A stretch of 64,000 bases of DNA, taken from assembly GCA_964016885.1 (NCBI GenBank), contig OZ024745.1, forward strand, positions 58,466,001 to 58,530,000, given 5' to 3'. The notes beneath the pieces are model-generated. The model was not told where the DNA came from, ran no database searches, and saw only the letters and a program-made list of their open reading frames with translations. A program made the translations under genes and the position numbers. This document shows positions 49,540 through 62,710 of this stretch, one piece after another. This stretch comes from Eledone cirrhosa (lineage: Eukaryota). Position 1 is the first letter of the stretch. Every line of letters begins with the position of its first letter.

Positions 49540-51615
49540 TGTAGCGGTTGTCTCCCTTGTTTTGATTGGGATCTAGACGGGAAGTGGAACCCTTTCTGCA
49601 ACTTCCGGTCAGAGCCCTATAAAACTAACAACTTTAAGCTTCCTTTCTCTCTTTGCCTTTTCGGCACCTGGTCAAGAGCCTCTCATTTGGCTCTGCCATT
49701 AATTTGGCCAACAGGCGCCTGGCCTTAGCCAGGCGCCCTCTGCCAGCCGCGTTTGCCTGGCAATCAAAACGGTAACTACTAACTTTGTTTCATTCTAACA
49801 TCTATCTTTGACATGTCAAGTATTCTATCTACCGTTAATTAAATATTATATACACAAACATTGTCTCGTTTTGTTACATTCATACAACCAGTAATTTCGC
49901 TAAATTGGTGACCCCGACGTGATACGAACACGCAGTCGTTCATCGCTATAAGTGGTCACCCCCAAAAAAAGAAAAAAATAGCACATCTGGTTTTGTGAGT
50001 AACATTACGAATACACAGCAAATTTAGCGACAAACTATGAAAATACTCAAGGACACGCACACACGCACATGTGGAATTCGCACAGACATACTTTTTCTCT
50101 CACGCATCAATTAACTGTCGCATTTCACCAATATATATATATATGTTTCTCGTTTCTTACAACGAACACTTTCAAAACAAAAAAAACATTTCACGATATA
50201 TATATATATGTTTCTCGTTTCTTACAACGAACTCTTTCAAAACACACAAAAAAAAAAAAAGAAATTTGATATTCTTTAAAAAACATTTCAACAGGAACAT
50301 TTATTTTCGATGAACCATTGCCTTTTGTTCTTCGTTTTCTTCATCGTTCAAGTTTTTTGTTTTTTTCCAAAGTTCACACCTATAATTATGCTGATTGAAG
50401 CCTTTCTTTTTCATCATTGTCACTTTCAAAATTGCACTATCATTTTCTCGCGCGTTAGAAATATTTTTTTTTCAACCTTGTATTGGCACGTGTAGGCAGC
50501 ATAAATTCTCGATTCACTGAGATGTCTCTACTCACAGACAGCCGCACGCCATTTATCACCAGGGATTCTTCAGCCTTAAGCTATATTCTTCTATTTGCCG
50601 GTTTATAAATTTACAATGTAAATTTACCGTTGATAACCGCGCATTTATTAAGAATGCTTATTTCTCTGGTCGCTGGCCTCTTGACCCTTCCAGGTCAACG
50701 CATTCTCAACATCGACCATCAACTTCGGCTGCTATTTCTAGCACTTTGCGCAACTCATTTTTTTCTAAAAAAAAATTTTTTTACTGTGAATTTAAACACC
50801 GAATACGCTCACTCAGCGAGACAACAGCAGCAGCAACAGCAACAGCAATACATCAATACAGCCAGAGAATTTATTTTTGCAGCACTCTTCCTGTGAGAAA
50901 ATCCATTCGGAGGTTGGAAATTTCACGATATACCACAGAACAGAAACCACCTGCATTCATTCTCTGGAACACACTTTCTTTCCTGCTGTCATGTGATTGC
51001 ACACCTGTGAACTATATTTTGAACTTTGAGCTCTTCTATTACTTTTACTTTATTACATTGTATCTTTGGGTGATGGATAGATGGATGTCCAGTCGTTCTC
51101 TGGCCAAGAGCGGTTGGCTACCTTGATATCTATCATTGATTTTTCCAAACATTCTTTTGTCGTAATTTTCATGCCTGTTACAACATTCTCGCCAACTTGC
51201 TACATATTTTCATTTCGATTTTTATACACTAAAATTCTGGCGGGAGGTTATGTAGCGGTTGTCTCCCTTGTTTTGATTGGGATCTAGACGGGAAGTGGAA
51301 CCCTTTCTGCAACTTCCGGTCAGAGCCCTATAAAACTAACAACTTTAAGCTTCCTTTCTCTCTTTGCCTTTTCGGCACCTGGTCAAGAGCCTCTCATTTG
51401 GCTCTGCCATTAATTTGGCCAACAGGCGCCTGGCCTTAGCCAGGCGCCCTCTGCCAGCCGCGTTTGCCTGGCAATCAAAACGGTAACTACTAACTTTGTT
51501 TCATTCTAACATCTATCTTTGACATGTCAAGTATTCTATCTACCGTTAATTAAATATTATATACACAAACATTGTCTCGTTTTGTTACATTCATACAACC
51601 AGTAATTTCGCTAAA
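49540..51615 (+). mobile_element. Non-autonomous LTR retrotransposon (TRIM-like, 2076 bp): 365-bp LTRs at 49540-49904 and 51251-51615, TSD CTGT
   Basis: LTRs appear identical by eye. CTGT at 49536-49539 and 51616-51619. PBS at 49906, purine-rich GGCGGGAGG before the 3' LTR, AT-rich interior with no gag or pol. Confidence 0.95.
49906..49923 (+). other. Primer-binding site complementary to the tRNA-Trp 3' end
   Basis: TGGTGACCCCGACGTGAT is the reverse complement of ATCACGTCGGGGTCACCA, the metazoan tRNA-Trp(CCA) 3' 18 nt as I recall it. Confidence 0.9.
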
Positions 51616-52004
51616 CTGTCTTTTGTTCTGGTGTTGGCTAGGTTGTTCACCCCTTCCTTTACATTTTCTTTAATATTGTAACATTAAAAGAATATATCTT
51701 TCTGAATGAATCGGGAACTATTTATAATGTTACCGAAGGGTTTGTAATGTTATTTATGTATATATTTAAAACATATTTGTTATGTTATTCTACTGTAAAT
51801 TAATTTTTATGCTCTGTTTATATTTTGATTCTGAAAGAATTGCCAACGATTTGTAATGTTATTTATACAACTATGAATAAATTTACTAGTATGTTAGAAT
51901 ATTTACAACCGCAAAAAAACAAAAAAAAAAGTTTCAATACAAAGCAAGTCTTTGATTTCCGAATGGTTAAACGTCAGCAGAAGGACACCCAGGTAGAAGA
52001 GGAT

Positions 52005-52355
52005 TAAAGAGAGGGAAAGAATGGAAATATGACGAAAGAGAGAGAAAATGGGGAAGTGGGAGAAGAAAGGGAGAAGAGGCAAAGGGGGTAGAGGAATGTA
52101 GTGGAAAGGGGGAAAGAGGGAGAAAGAGTGGGAAAAAAAGGAAATGGAGGAAAGAGATTGAAAGGAGAAAGAGGGGAAAAGAAGGGGAAAGAGAGCTAAA
52201 GAGGAAGAGGGAAGGGGGAAGGTACAGAAAGAGCAGAATAGAGGGTGAAAGGGGTAAAGGAAAGGGAAAGAGCAGGGAGAAAGGGTCAAAGAGACGGAAA
52301 GAAGGGGGGGAAAGGGGGTAGGGGGAAAGGGGGGATGGAAGGATAGGAAAATGAG
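52005..52355. repeat. Polypurine (G/A) low-complexity tract
   Basis: About 350 bp almost free of pyrimidines on the + strand. Confidence 0.9.
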
Positions 52356-53317
52356 GAACAACAACGACAATAATAAATATGCATCTATCCATCTGCAACC
52401 ACAGACCATATATATAAGCTATCTGATCATTCAAGATAAGTTAGAACTAAAATATTTAATACATAACATATTAAAAAGCTAACTAGAACTAATTATAGAA
52501 TAAGGAAAACTGACAATCATTATCATCATCCTCATTTAACATTTGTTTTTCCATGATAGCATGGGCTGGACGAATTCTTACAGACCAAATCAGTATTTAA
52601 TTAGAGTTACTGTCCTCCCAGATTGGCTGGTATGGGATGGAGAACACATTTCACTTACATGTGTTCTGGTTTTGCCAGTATTTTTATGGCTGTATGTTAT
52701 TCCTATCACCAACCACATTTGAGGGTGTAGTAAGTGCATTTTTTTTTTTTTTTACGCCACACTAGAGAAGTTAAGGCATGTGGCCTAGTGGTAAGGGTGT
52801 TGGACTTAAGATCATAATGTTGTGGGTTCGATTCCTGGGATGGGTTGCATGTTGTGTGATTGAGCAAAACACTTCATTTCATATTACTCCAGAATACTCA
52901 GCAGAAAATGAGCATCAGAAATAGCTGGGGGTTGAACCCTGCAATGGGCTGGCTTCCTGTCCAGGAGGAAGTCCTGAACTCTCAGTCACTTCACGCTATG
53001 AAACTGGGATAAACATTGGCCTAACGAGCCTTCTGGCTTACAGACTAGAGACTAAAGAAGTTGCTGTGTTGTGTATGGGGAGCCCTCTCAAGTCTATTAG
53101 GTACTGCTTCTGTGGATGGAATCCCTTCCTAATACAAACCACTTTACAGAATGTGTTGGATACGTTTTATCATGGTCTCAGCACCAGGTTGTCAGTCATA
53201 GGCTCAACTGAAGGTCTTTCTCTACTCTATGAGGAAGGTAAGAATGACAATAAGCAAAACATGGGCAGGAGAGTGACAAGTAATGTAATGAGTTTATGAC
53301 AAGAGTCAGGTTTTAAA

Positions 53318-54600
53318 TCATCATCATCATCATCATCACCATCATCATCATTTTTATTTTTTACATCCTTTCTTCCACGATTGCATGGGTTGGATGGGTA
53401 CTTTTCAGCACAGCATCTCTCCACTCACTGCGTTTCTTTGTCATCTCCTCAGTGAGTCTCAGCAACTTGAGGTCAGCTCTCACCACCTCTGCCCAGGTCT
53501 TTCTTGGTCTACTTTTTCTGTGGCTTTCCATCCACTAGTACTTCATCACCCATTGATCATCATTCATGCACATCACAATGCAGTCTTCTCTCCTGCACAC
53601 CACCTCAGATTCCTCTTAAACCCAGCTTCTCCCTCAGTTCATCCAAGCTCTGCCTGTCTCTCACATTTATGTTGCACATCCAACAAAGCAAGGCTGCTTC
53701 ATTTCTCTCCAGTCTACGCTTGTCTTCTGTCCATGTTTCATCACACTTCACACACAGACATCATACAGTCAACCTGTTGTACATAGGCAGAAACCTTTTG
53801 TTGTCATCAGTGGGAGTAGCTCTCTAAACTACTTTCTATCCTTATTCTAGTTATCATGCTCTCAGAGCACCCTCCTCCACTGCTGATCAAATCACCTAGA
53901 TAGCAGAAGCTGTTAACTACTTCTATTGACCCTTCCTGTGACTTGAAGAGATTTATATCACTGTCAATCTTCCTTTTGATTACTCCTGTGCATCTACATC
54001 CAAAGTTTCCCTTTCCTTTTAGTCTACCCGTTATGCTACTACATCTCTTGTGTACCCATGATGTGGGTGAGAATATATGTCATGGGTGTAAGACAGGTGT
54101 GGTGGAATTTGACAGGGCGATGAGAGTGGAGGTGATCCTGGCAATAGTGGGAGGGTGTACATTGCCTGTGAGAGTAGTTTCTAAGGAACAACAGTAGTGG
54201 AAGAGGGGTCAAGTCACATTTTTATGCTGGCTAACAAGTCTTCTTCAGCACCTGGTCCTCATGGATCTTTATCATTTGTCATGAGATCTAACTTTTTAAG
54301 CTCTGGCCATCATTAATTCCTCTCATGTCTTCCTGTCTGTCTCTTCTGTGAGTCCCATCTACTGAGATTTCTCTGCATTTCTTTATATAGATGTAATTTT
54401 CCATACACATCAGTCTTTTCTCTTGCACACTACATTGGATTCTTCTTAGGTCTAGTATTATTCTCAGCTCATATATACTGCCATGCACACTAATGTTAAA
54501 CATCCATTGGAGCATACTTACTTCATTTCTTTCTAGCCATTGCAAGTTTTTTTGCAATCAAGGCCTATTTCTCACCACGATGTAGCATTGCAGTTCACAT
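53318..54600 (-). mobile_element. Degenerate RTE C-terminal pieces and (GAT)n tail
   Basis: LERNE.SML.WM...R.I.C.VQEKRL on the minus strand; (ATC)n at about 53318-53350. Confidence 0.72.
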
Positions 54601-54629
54601 GCAGGCATCCACTCACCCATACACACACA

Positions 54630-55010
54630 GGCATGCGACCAAGTGAATACCCTACATCAGGCATCTATCATACTCTGAATGCCTTGCTTCCCTGGGAATA
54701 GACACATTGAAGCTCCGATGTTTGTACATTATTCTATATACTATACATACATCTTTGATGAGTTGTAGTGCAGCTGAGCACTGTACACAATTTCATTATT
54801 ATTATTATAAACCTCTTTTATGGTGGATTGGCAGTATTGGTAGAAGGTCGGACGCCATGCTTTGACACATAGAGTTACGGCCCTTGCCATTCTGAGTTCA
54901 AATCCCGCCGAGGTTAACTTTGCCTTTCATCCTTACGGGGTCGATAAAATAAAGTACCAGTAATACACTGAGTAATTGCTGGCCTTGTGCCTAACGTAGA
55001 AACAATTATT
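54630..55010 (+). mobile_element. Deleted CR1 3' fragment followed by a family A SINE (54821-55005, TSD ATTATTATAAACCTCT)
   Basis: Similarity to 40725-41365 and to 10651-10834. Confidence 0.8.
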
Positions 55011-55721
55011 ATAAACCTCTAAATGAATATTTCTACATACACCTTTTTCAATAGCAACTCCTTCTCATCAAACAGCATGAGTTTCACCAGGCTAAATGTT
55101 ATGATCCCAAGCTAGCCTCATTAACATATCTAGCACATGCTGTAACACAGTAAATTGACCATATTAATGTGTATGTCTTACACTGTGGATTGGTTGCCTC
55201 TTATCAAACCACCAGCACAGGAGAGGTTATCCAATGTGGGATGACTAAAGTCCTCTCTTACCTACTTCCTTTCTTATTAACAATGTCCCCTGAGACAAAT
55301 AGCCTTTATTATGACTTAATAAATTCCCCTTTTCCTCATATACATGAGGAAATGTATCCACTGCACACTGTTGGCGATAGGAAGGGCATTCATCCTTAGT
55401 CTACCTGCCTAGGGGAACAGTTACTCTGAATAAGACCTAATGCAAGATAATGAGGAATGTTGAGTTTTCCTTAATTGAACCTCTCTAGTGCTGATGACAT
55501 GATAAAATACATCCCATACACTGTTATGCATCAAACCATAGAAACCAAGAAAGGGTTGACTATATACATTTTTCTCAATGACTGACAAAAATGGAAATAA
55601 GAAAACTCAGAGAAGCAATAAAGGAAAGCCTCAGCTTTGAATAAATCTCTACATCGGTTGAATATGTTTTTTTCTCCACATTCACAATTAAAATACATTT
55701 ATCATCATTTTCTATATTGAA

Positions 55722-55753
<32 letters not shown>

Positions 55754-58700
55754 TTATAATATATTATAAAGAAAAAGAAGTATAAAAGCAAATTTTAGTA
55801 GAGATTTTAATAATCTTTGAGAACATGGTTACAAACATATTAGGCAAGAAACCCAAATTATTGGAAACAGTCAGGTGTTTGTTTTCCTTTTTCGTGGATT
55901 TTTTTTTTAATACTTTTTCCTGCAATTTTTATGTTTAACCAGAAGAAAATATATTTTGGAAATTTGAAAGCCTAACATAGGTTTATATAACAGTATCATT
56001 AACAATGAAGCAAAAGTTGAAGAAAAACAAAAGTTTATTGATTTGTAATGAAGAAATGAGGAGTTACAACTAATTTTGTTAAGATGTTAAAATAGTGGAC
56101 CAAGGTGAAGAGTTGGAAGTTCATATTAAGTTACTAAAGTTGAATCTGTTACAACTAAGATACTTAAACCTTCTTGGTTTTTCTTAGGTAAACCAGGCCA
56201 GACCATGCTATCAGTAAACAGGTGTTGTTTAGCCCCGAGTCAACTTTTCATTGAGTAGATATAATCAAAAATATTCCAGCTAAGGCCATTCCATTTGTTT
56301 AGGGCCATCTAAGACTACATTATTTAGTGTGCCCTTTGCTTTTTTCAAGATGGTGGGGTGGATTATAGGAGATTTAGCTGCTATTTCTAGCAGATCGAGT
56401 GATCATTTATAGTTTTCCAAACAGTAGTACTACCGATGTGGAGAGTTTATTATTGCAAAAACAGGAAGCACATTGTAATTAATGGATGTTTTATTGGTTT
56501 GCTGTACTGCGGTATGTACACATCTTCATATATACTCATAATAGCTCTTTTTCAACACAACACATCACCTCCATGCTCAAAATGTAGCACAATATGAATG
56601 AAGAAAGAAGTAACAAAGTGAATTTATTACTATAGGAGAATAAAAGAATCAATTAGGTTTGTTTGAAAAGAGCAAGGGGTTGTTGTAATCTCCAAGTCAT
56701 GCCTGATTGAGTAAAATTATGCTCAAAAGCATTCTAAACATGACATTCTTGTCTATTTTCTTTAATACAGAAGTTTTTACTCCAGATTACATCAACTAAT
56801 GTGTCCTTTGTTAGAAATGTTAACAAAGAAAGAGTGATTTGAGGGAGAATTGGCTGCTATATCTAGCGGAATGAATGACCATGTAGAGACTCCTTCAATC
56901 ATTAAAAGAGCAAGAGATAAAAGGTCACTGTTACAGGAAACAAATTCATATACAAGAAGGATAACATTGGAAAATTCAGTCTTAACAAAAAGAAAATATC
57001 AATGTCACTGTATAATGTCTCTTTTTCACTTTCCTTTGGCCATAACCTTCATTCTTTGTCAAACATACATTTCTAAGGGCCTTTATTTATGTATGTGTAT
57101 TCTATTTATATAGGGTTTTCTAAGATGTTAGGTATATTTGAAATAAGAATTATTACTTAGATAGGCAGAATCTTTAGATACTCAGACAAAATGCCTTGAG
57201 GTATTTAATCATTATCATTTATGTACTGAGTTCAAATCCCAAAGTTAGCTTTGCTTTTCATCCTTCTTGTGTCAATAAAATAAAGTACTAGTCAAGTAGT
57301 GGGGCTTAATTTGATCAATTCACCTCCTTCTCACAAATGTATGACCATATATTATTATTATTAGTGATAGTAGTAACAGTAACACTGTTGCATCCCTGAA
57401 GAAATAATTTACTGAATCAAATGAAGTACATTCCTGGAAATTACTTTATCAATCCAAGAGAGATGAAAGGAAAATTCATTTCATACTTCCTTTAATCTCA
57501 TAAAAAAAAAAAGCAGAGATTTCCCTGATCCAATATACAAAAAAGACATGTTAACAGCTCACTATTAGAATGATAATCTTTTAAAGGCGATTTCTGATTG
57601 AGGAAATATTCCAAATATGAGAGATCCAAAATTTCAAAATTGTATTTGTCATTATTTTTAAAGAATAAGATTTAGTCTCACAACCAGGTGATCTTTCTGC
57701 AGAAAGTTTCCAGGCTCAGTGTGATTAAGAGAAAGAAGGAATGGCAGAAGAGGAAGATAGATATCCAAAGAGAGTAAGAAAAATTTGTTTTTTGATAAAG
57801 TATTAATTATAACAATAATCAACAGCTTCTGTGAAGCTTATCTATTAAAATCTTTTTTATACACTGGTACTTTTCTGTGTGCAACATGTGAAACATCTAG
57901 CTACAAGCATGGCTATATTATTAAAAATTTCACTTCACAATCAAGAGGTCCTAAATTTCTTGGGCAAATATATTTATCATAGCTCAAGGTTGACCAAAGC
58001 CTTGCCAGTGAAATTGGGTAGAAAATCTACGAACGCCTCTTAGATGGACTGTTGTATATTGTGTCATTGAAATTTGGCTTGGAAATTTATTTTAAGGGTA
58101 CATGTGTCTGTAGTATACTCAGCCAGTTACATGTTAATTTAATGAGTCAGATGTTCAGCTGATCAAATAATTATATACCCTTGCCAAAAGAAACAGAGGA
58201 TCCATCATATAAGCTGTATAATTTCATTTTTTTCACCAACTTTCTTTTTTCAATGAATTTCAACAATAATCCTTTAAAAGAAAATTTTAAATATAAATGA
58301 TTACAGTTAATCATTCTTAGATAAACATTTCTCTCTAGTGATGGACTGAGAAAAATACTACACACTCTTATCATTTTAGTCAAATAAATATAAAATGTAT
58401 ATAAAATTAAGTGTACAATCCAGGCAAACAACAATGATTTCAGTGGATTTGAACTCAAGACTCATAGGCTGATAATTCACAATACTTTATCAACTTATCC
58501 AAATTGCCTCTTCACAAAGGTTATTCTTCCTTATAGATGTCTGAAAAGTATGTTTTATTGTAGTATCTTCCAAAATAGAACATAAATCACTGAAAAATTA
58601 CTATGAAAAATAACAGACAGAAGAATCTACAAAATTATATAAAATATAATAAATATTATTTTGACTAAGGATTGCTGATTTCTTTGTTTGATTTGTCTAA

Positions 58701-61416
58701 GTTTTAATGTTTAGTCTCACATCATTTGTATTATTACTGGTCATGTTTCATATTTGGTTGGGCACACATATTTCATAGAAAGCTAAAGTTGAAATGTCAT
58801 AAATTACCATATCATTTAAACATTGCTCAAGATAGCTTATATTGTACAATCATCCAGTGGCAAGCACACACACAAAAAGAATTTACATTAGACTATGTAT
58901 GAGTATAGAATCTTACTTATATACATGACATATCTTTCAATGACTATTTAATACCTAATGGTAAGGTGTTGGACTTATGATCATAATGTGGGTTCAATTC
59001 CTAGACTGAGTTGTGTGTTGTGTTCTTGAACAAAACACTTAATTTCACATTGCTCCAGTATACTCAGCTGAAAATGAATACTAGCAATAGCTGGAGGGTT
59101 GACTCTGCGATGGACTGGCAGCTTGTCAAGGGGGAGACTTGTACTCCCGTCGCTTCATGCCTCAGAAACAGGGATAAGTACCAGCCTCAAGACAGACTTT
59201 AACTTTTAACATAAACCCTCAGCTTTAGAGGATTGCTATTTTTTTCTTTTTGTTATAATAAATAAAATCCTGATTTTTAACAAGGGAGTTCTATATTTTT
59301 TAGAATTCTATATAATTGATTTCTAACTGTGGCACAAGGCCACCCATTAAAATAGATTAGTCAATTATATTTAGCTCAGTACTTCACTGGTATTTGTATT
59401 ATCAGCACCATCAAGATTTAAATTAGTATGTAAAAATATGAGACTAAATACCACAAAATATCATGGCTACCATGCTACCAGTTCTTGGAATATTATCAAT
59501 ATGAATAAGGCAGTGAACACAGTTAAGATAATAATAGGCCCTCCCTTTGGTCATAGCTGACCTTGGGTTGGTACCTGAACCCGGAAGGTTCGTATCTACG
59601 GTGCAGGATTAGGCAAGGTTTTCCATTTGTAGAAAACCATCAGTGGCCAATGCATGACAATCTTTCCTATCCATGCTACTGTTTTCCAAGAGAAAGTCAA
59701 GATGCCAATATAACTTGACTCCAGTGACATTTCAGAACTCAGAATGCAAAGGTCTATAAAAGATACTACTAGGCATCATGTTTGATGCTCTAACAATTCT
59801 GCCAAACCATTGCCTTGTACTGGGACTTCATTGACCCTGAAAGGTACAGTTAGCTGTAGCTGTATTCTAACTCAGTGCAGAGAACCACTTAATCTAATGC
59901 TCTAAAGACTGCAAAATTGATGAGCTAATAGAGCATAATATTAATTAAAAATAATTATAATCACATGTTCCTTCTTTAAATTTGACTTTTTAACATTACA
60001 TTTCTATAGAATGAGACTAAATTTCTGGGATGTTTTTGTAATTTATCTCTCACTGCTAATCTTAGAACAGAAATGAGGTTAGATACCTTGCACAGGGGGA
60101 TACTAGAACAGTAGTAAGATTTGAATTATTTATTACTAAAGCCCAATACCTAAACCTCACAACCATTGAGTCTCATATCATAAATGAATAATATTCAAAT
60201 TTAGTAAAAGTTCATTTTTAAGTACAAATCTTGCTGGTGTCAACATTGCCATTTTCACCCTATCATAATCTGATACAAGTCCCAATAATACACTTCAGTC
60301 AATTCGATATATTATCCCCACCTGCAACACTTACTAAAAATCATCAGAGTGACTAAGAAATCAATAACTGTGAAATATTTCAGGAATAATATCACCCGTC
60401 AAAAATGATCAAGAATTGCAAGGAAGGTTCTTGATTAAATATCCTTATATTCTTCCTAGCCACAAAACAATTTTAAAAAGACACTTATTCTTTACCTTAA
60501 CTCTATATTCTTTAAAATACTATCAACAATAGTTTTGTTTTTACATCTGCTTTTCCATATTGGTATGGGCTGGATGAGACATTTTGGGGTATTTGCTGGG
60601 ATATCCTTCTTGAGGCCAATGCTTACATATCGTTTAAAGTATAGTACTTATTACACAGACCTTCACCAGTCAAACTTCTAAGCGATGAGACATAAACAAA
60701 TGGCACTAGTATTTCTAAGCAATTCCAATATGAAGACAGAGGTGGAGACAAACATATATTTATCATATATAGTTATGTAAAGTCCCCGTACCACCCATGT
60801 TGGGATTTTTTAATTAATTCATGTAAAAGTTGACTAGTCCTTCACAGACAACAGATCAACATTTGTGAATTAAGGTATTATACTGAACATTTATGATGAG
60901 GAAATCAATTTTACTACACTATTATGTAAAAATATTTTGACTTTTCTGTGAGCAAGACATGGTTACCTGACCTGGCATTGCTCACAACAGGATAACTCAT
61001 CTAACCTATGCCAGCGTGGAAACATGGACGTTAAACAGTGATGATGATGATGATGATATATATATGTATATATATGATGGATTTCAGTATTTTCTATCAA
61101 TGACATTTCACTTAGTAGGCATTGAATAGTTTGAGGCTATTATAGATGACATTTCACAAAGGTATATAAAGTGAGACCAAACCCTACACCACATACATGG
61201 TTGCAAAACAAACCTCTTAACTACACAACCACACCTGAATTTGTTTTATGTTTACCCCAACCTGTCACAGTAATATAAGGTAAAGTTGATCTAAACCCCA
61301 GCAAAATTTAACAAAATACAAAAAACATAATTTTTTTTCTTAAATACTGTCTCAGCTGATTCCATTGCAATGAGAATTTTAATAGTAAGATATGATTCAT
61401 AAGATTTGTTTGTTAA

Positions 61417-61620
61417 CCCTTTAGCATTTGCATTACTCTATATTTAGTATTGTATTTTTGCGATAAAGACTTTATCTCACAATATCGAAGCTATGAGATT
61501 GATATTATTCATTTAGAGAACAATACCTTAACATCAGAATGAGTAGCCAGTTATGGCCAGTTTGAACAGGAAAAGGTGAGAGAATTCTGGCTGGATACAG
61601 CCAGTTTAAATGCTAAAGGG
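61417..61620. mobile_element. 204-bp piggyBac-type MITE
   Basis: TTAA|CCCTTTAGCATTT...AAATGCTAAAGGG|TTAA: perfect 13-bp TIR and TTAA TSD; at least five copies in the window. Confidence 0.85.
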
Positions 61621-61919
61621 TTAATGTAAAGCAAATGGAAAGCTGTAGCATTGACAGAAATAGTTTTAAATTGGTTCCAGAACAAAGTTGCTTATTTGGT
61701 TTCCTAAGTACTACTATCACAACAGCCACACACACACACTAATTAATCTAATAATAATTATTATTATTATTGCACATAATATTTGTTGAAATAAACAACA
61801 GTTTAATACATTCTTAATTTTGATGCATTAATAATCGATTATTTTACAGATACATCACACACACACACAAACAGATACAGACACACATTTGTTTGAAGCT
61901 AATTGTTCACTGTCACTAC

Positions 61920-62710
61920 TGTAGCAAGAGTTGCCTCCCTTGTGACCATCACATCAACAATAAAGTAACCCTCTCTAGACAGGAAGTAGCTGGAGTTGCT
62001 TCCCGTTGGGGTGGCAGAGTCCTTTTTGTCACTTCCGCCCCAGGACCTATAAAGGGAATAAATTCCAGCTCTCTCTCTCTCATTTGCATTTCGGCTCCTG
62101 GCCATTCGCGTTCGTCTGGCAACCCTAAAATGGCCTCTTCCGAGCTAACTTCAAAACGGTAACAAATAACTTTACTTCATTCTTTCATCTACTACTCATT
62201 GACTTGTCAACTATACTATTCTACATAACTGCAAATTATTAATTAAACTTTATAAACACAAACCACGTCTCTTGTTATATTCATACAATCCAGTATTTTG
62301 TTATAAGTATCACGTCGGGGTCACCACTTATAACAAAATACTGGATTGTATGAATATAACAAGAGACGTGGTTTGTGTTTATAAAGTTTAATTAATAATT
62401 TGCAGTTATGTAGAATAGTATAGTTGACAAGTCAATGAGTAGTAGATGAAAGAATGAAGTAAAGTTATTTGTTACCGTTTTGAAGTTAGCTCGGAAGAGG
62501 CCATGTTAGGGTTGCCAGACGAACGCGCCTGGCCGAAATGCAAATGAGAGAGAGAGAGCTGGAATTTATTCCCTTTATAGGTCCTGGGGCGGAAGTGACA
62601 AAAAGGATTCTGCCACCCCAATGGGAAGCAACTCCAGCTACTTCCTGTCTAGAGAGCGTTACTCTATTGGTGATGTGATGGTCACAACAAGGGAGGCAAC
62701 TCTTGCTACA
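61920..62710. mobile_element. Inverted (tail-to-tail) LTR pair joined by an 18-nt tRNA-Trp PBS, TSD CTAC
   Basis: LTR-A 61920-62305 (+), AGT, ATCACGTCGGGGTCACCA at 62309-62326, CT, LTR-B 62329-62710 (-). CTAC at 61916-61919 and 62711-62714. The LTR is related to 49540-49904. Confidence 0.92.

Noticed and set aside
50630-51126. ORFs inside the LTR element, including a poly-Q run
   Set aside because: Short and low-complexity, with no gag, protease, RT or integrase motifs.
51903-52434. Phe/Pro/Ser/Leu-rich minus-strand ORFs
   Set aside because: Translation of a polypurine/polypyrimidine tract.
57702-57773. Possible + strand exon ending MAEEEDRYPKR|gtaaga
   Set aside because: Splice signals are plausible, but I found no recognisable homology or compatible downstream exon; the candidate at about 63223-63361 has stops in all frames.
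62309-62326. tRNA-Trp gene or phage-like att site
   Set aside because: Only the 3' 18 nt including CCA are present, directly adjacent to LTR ends, which defines a PBS.
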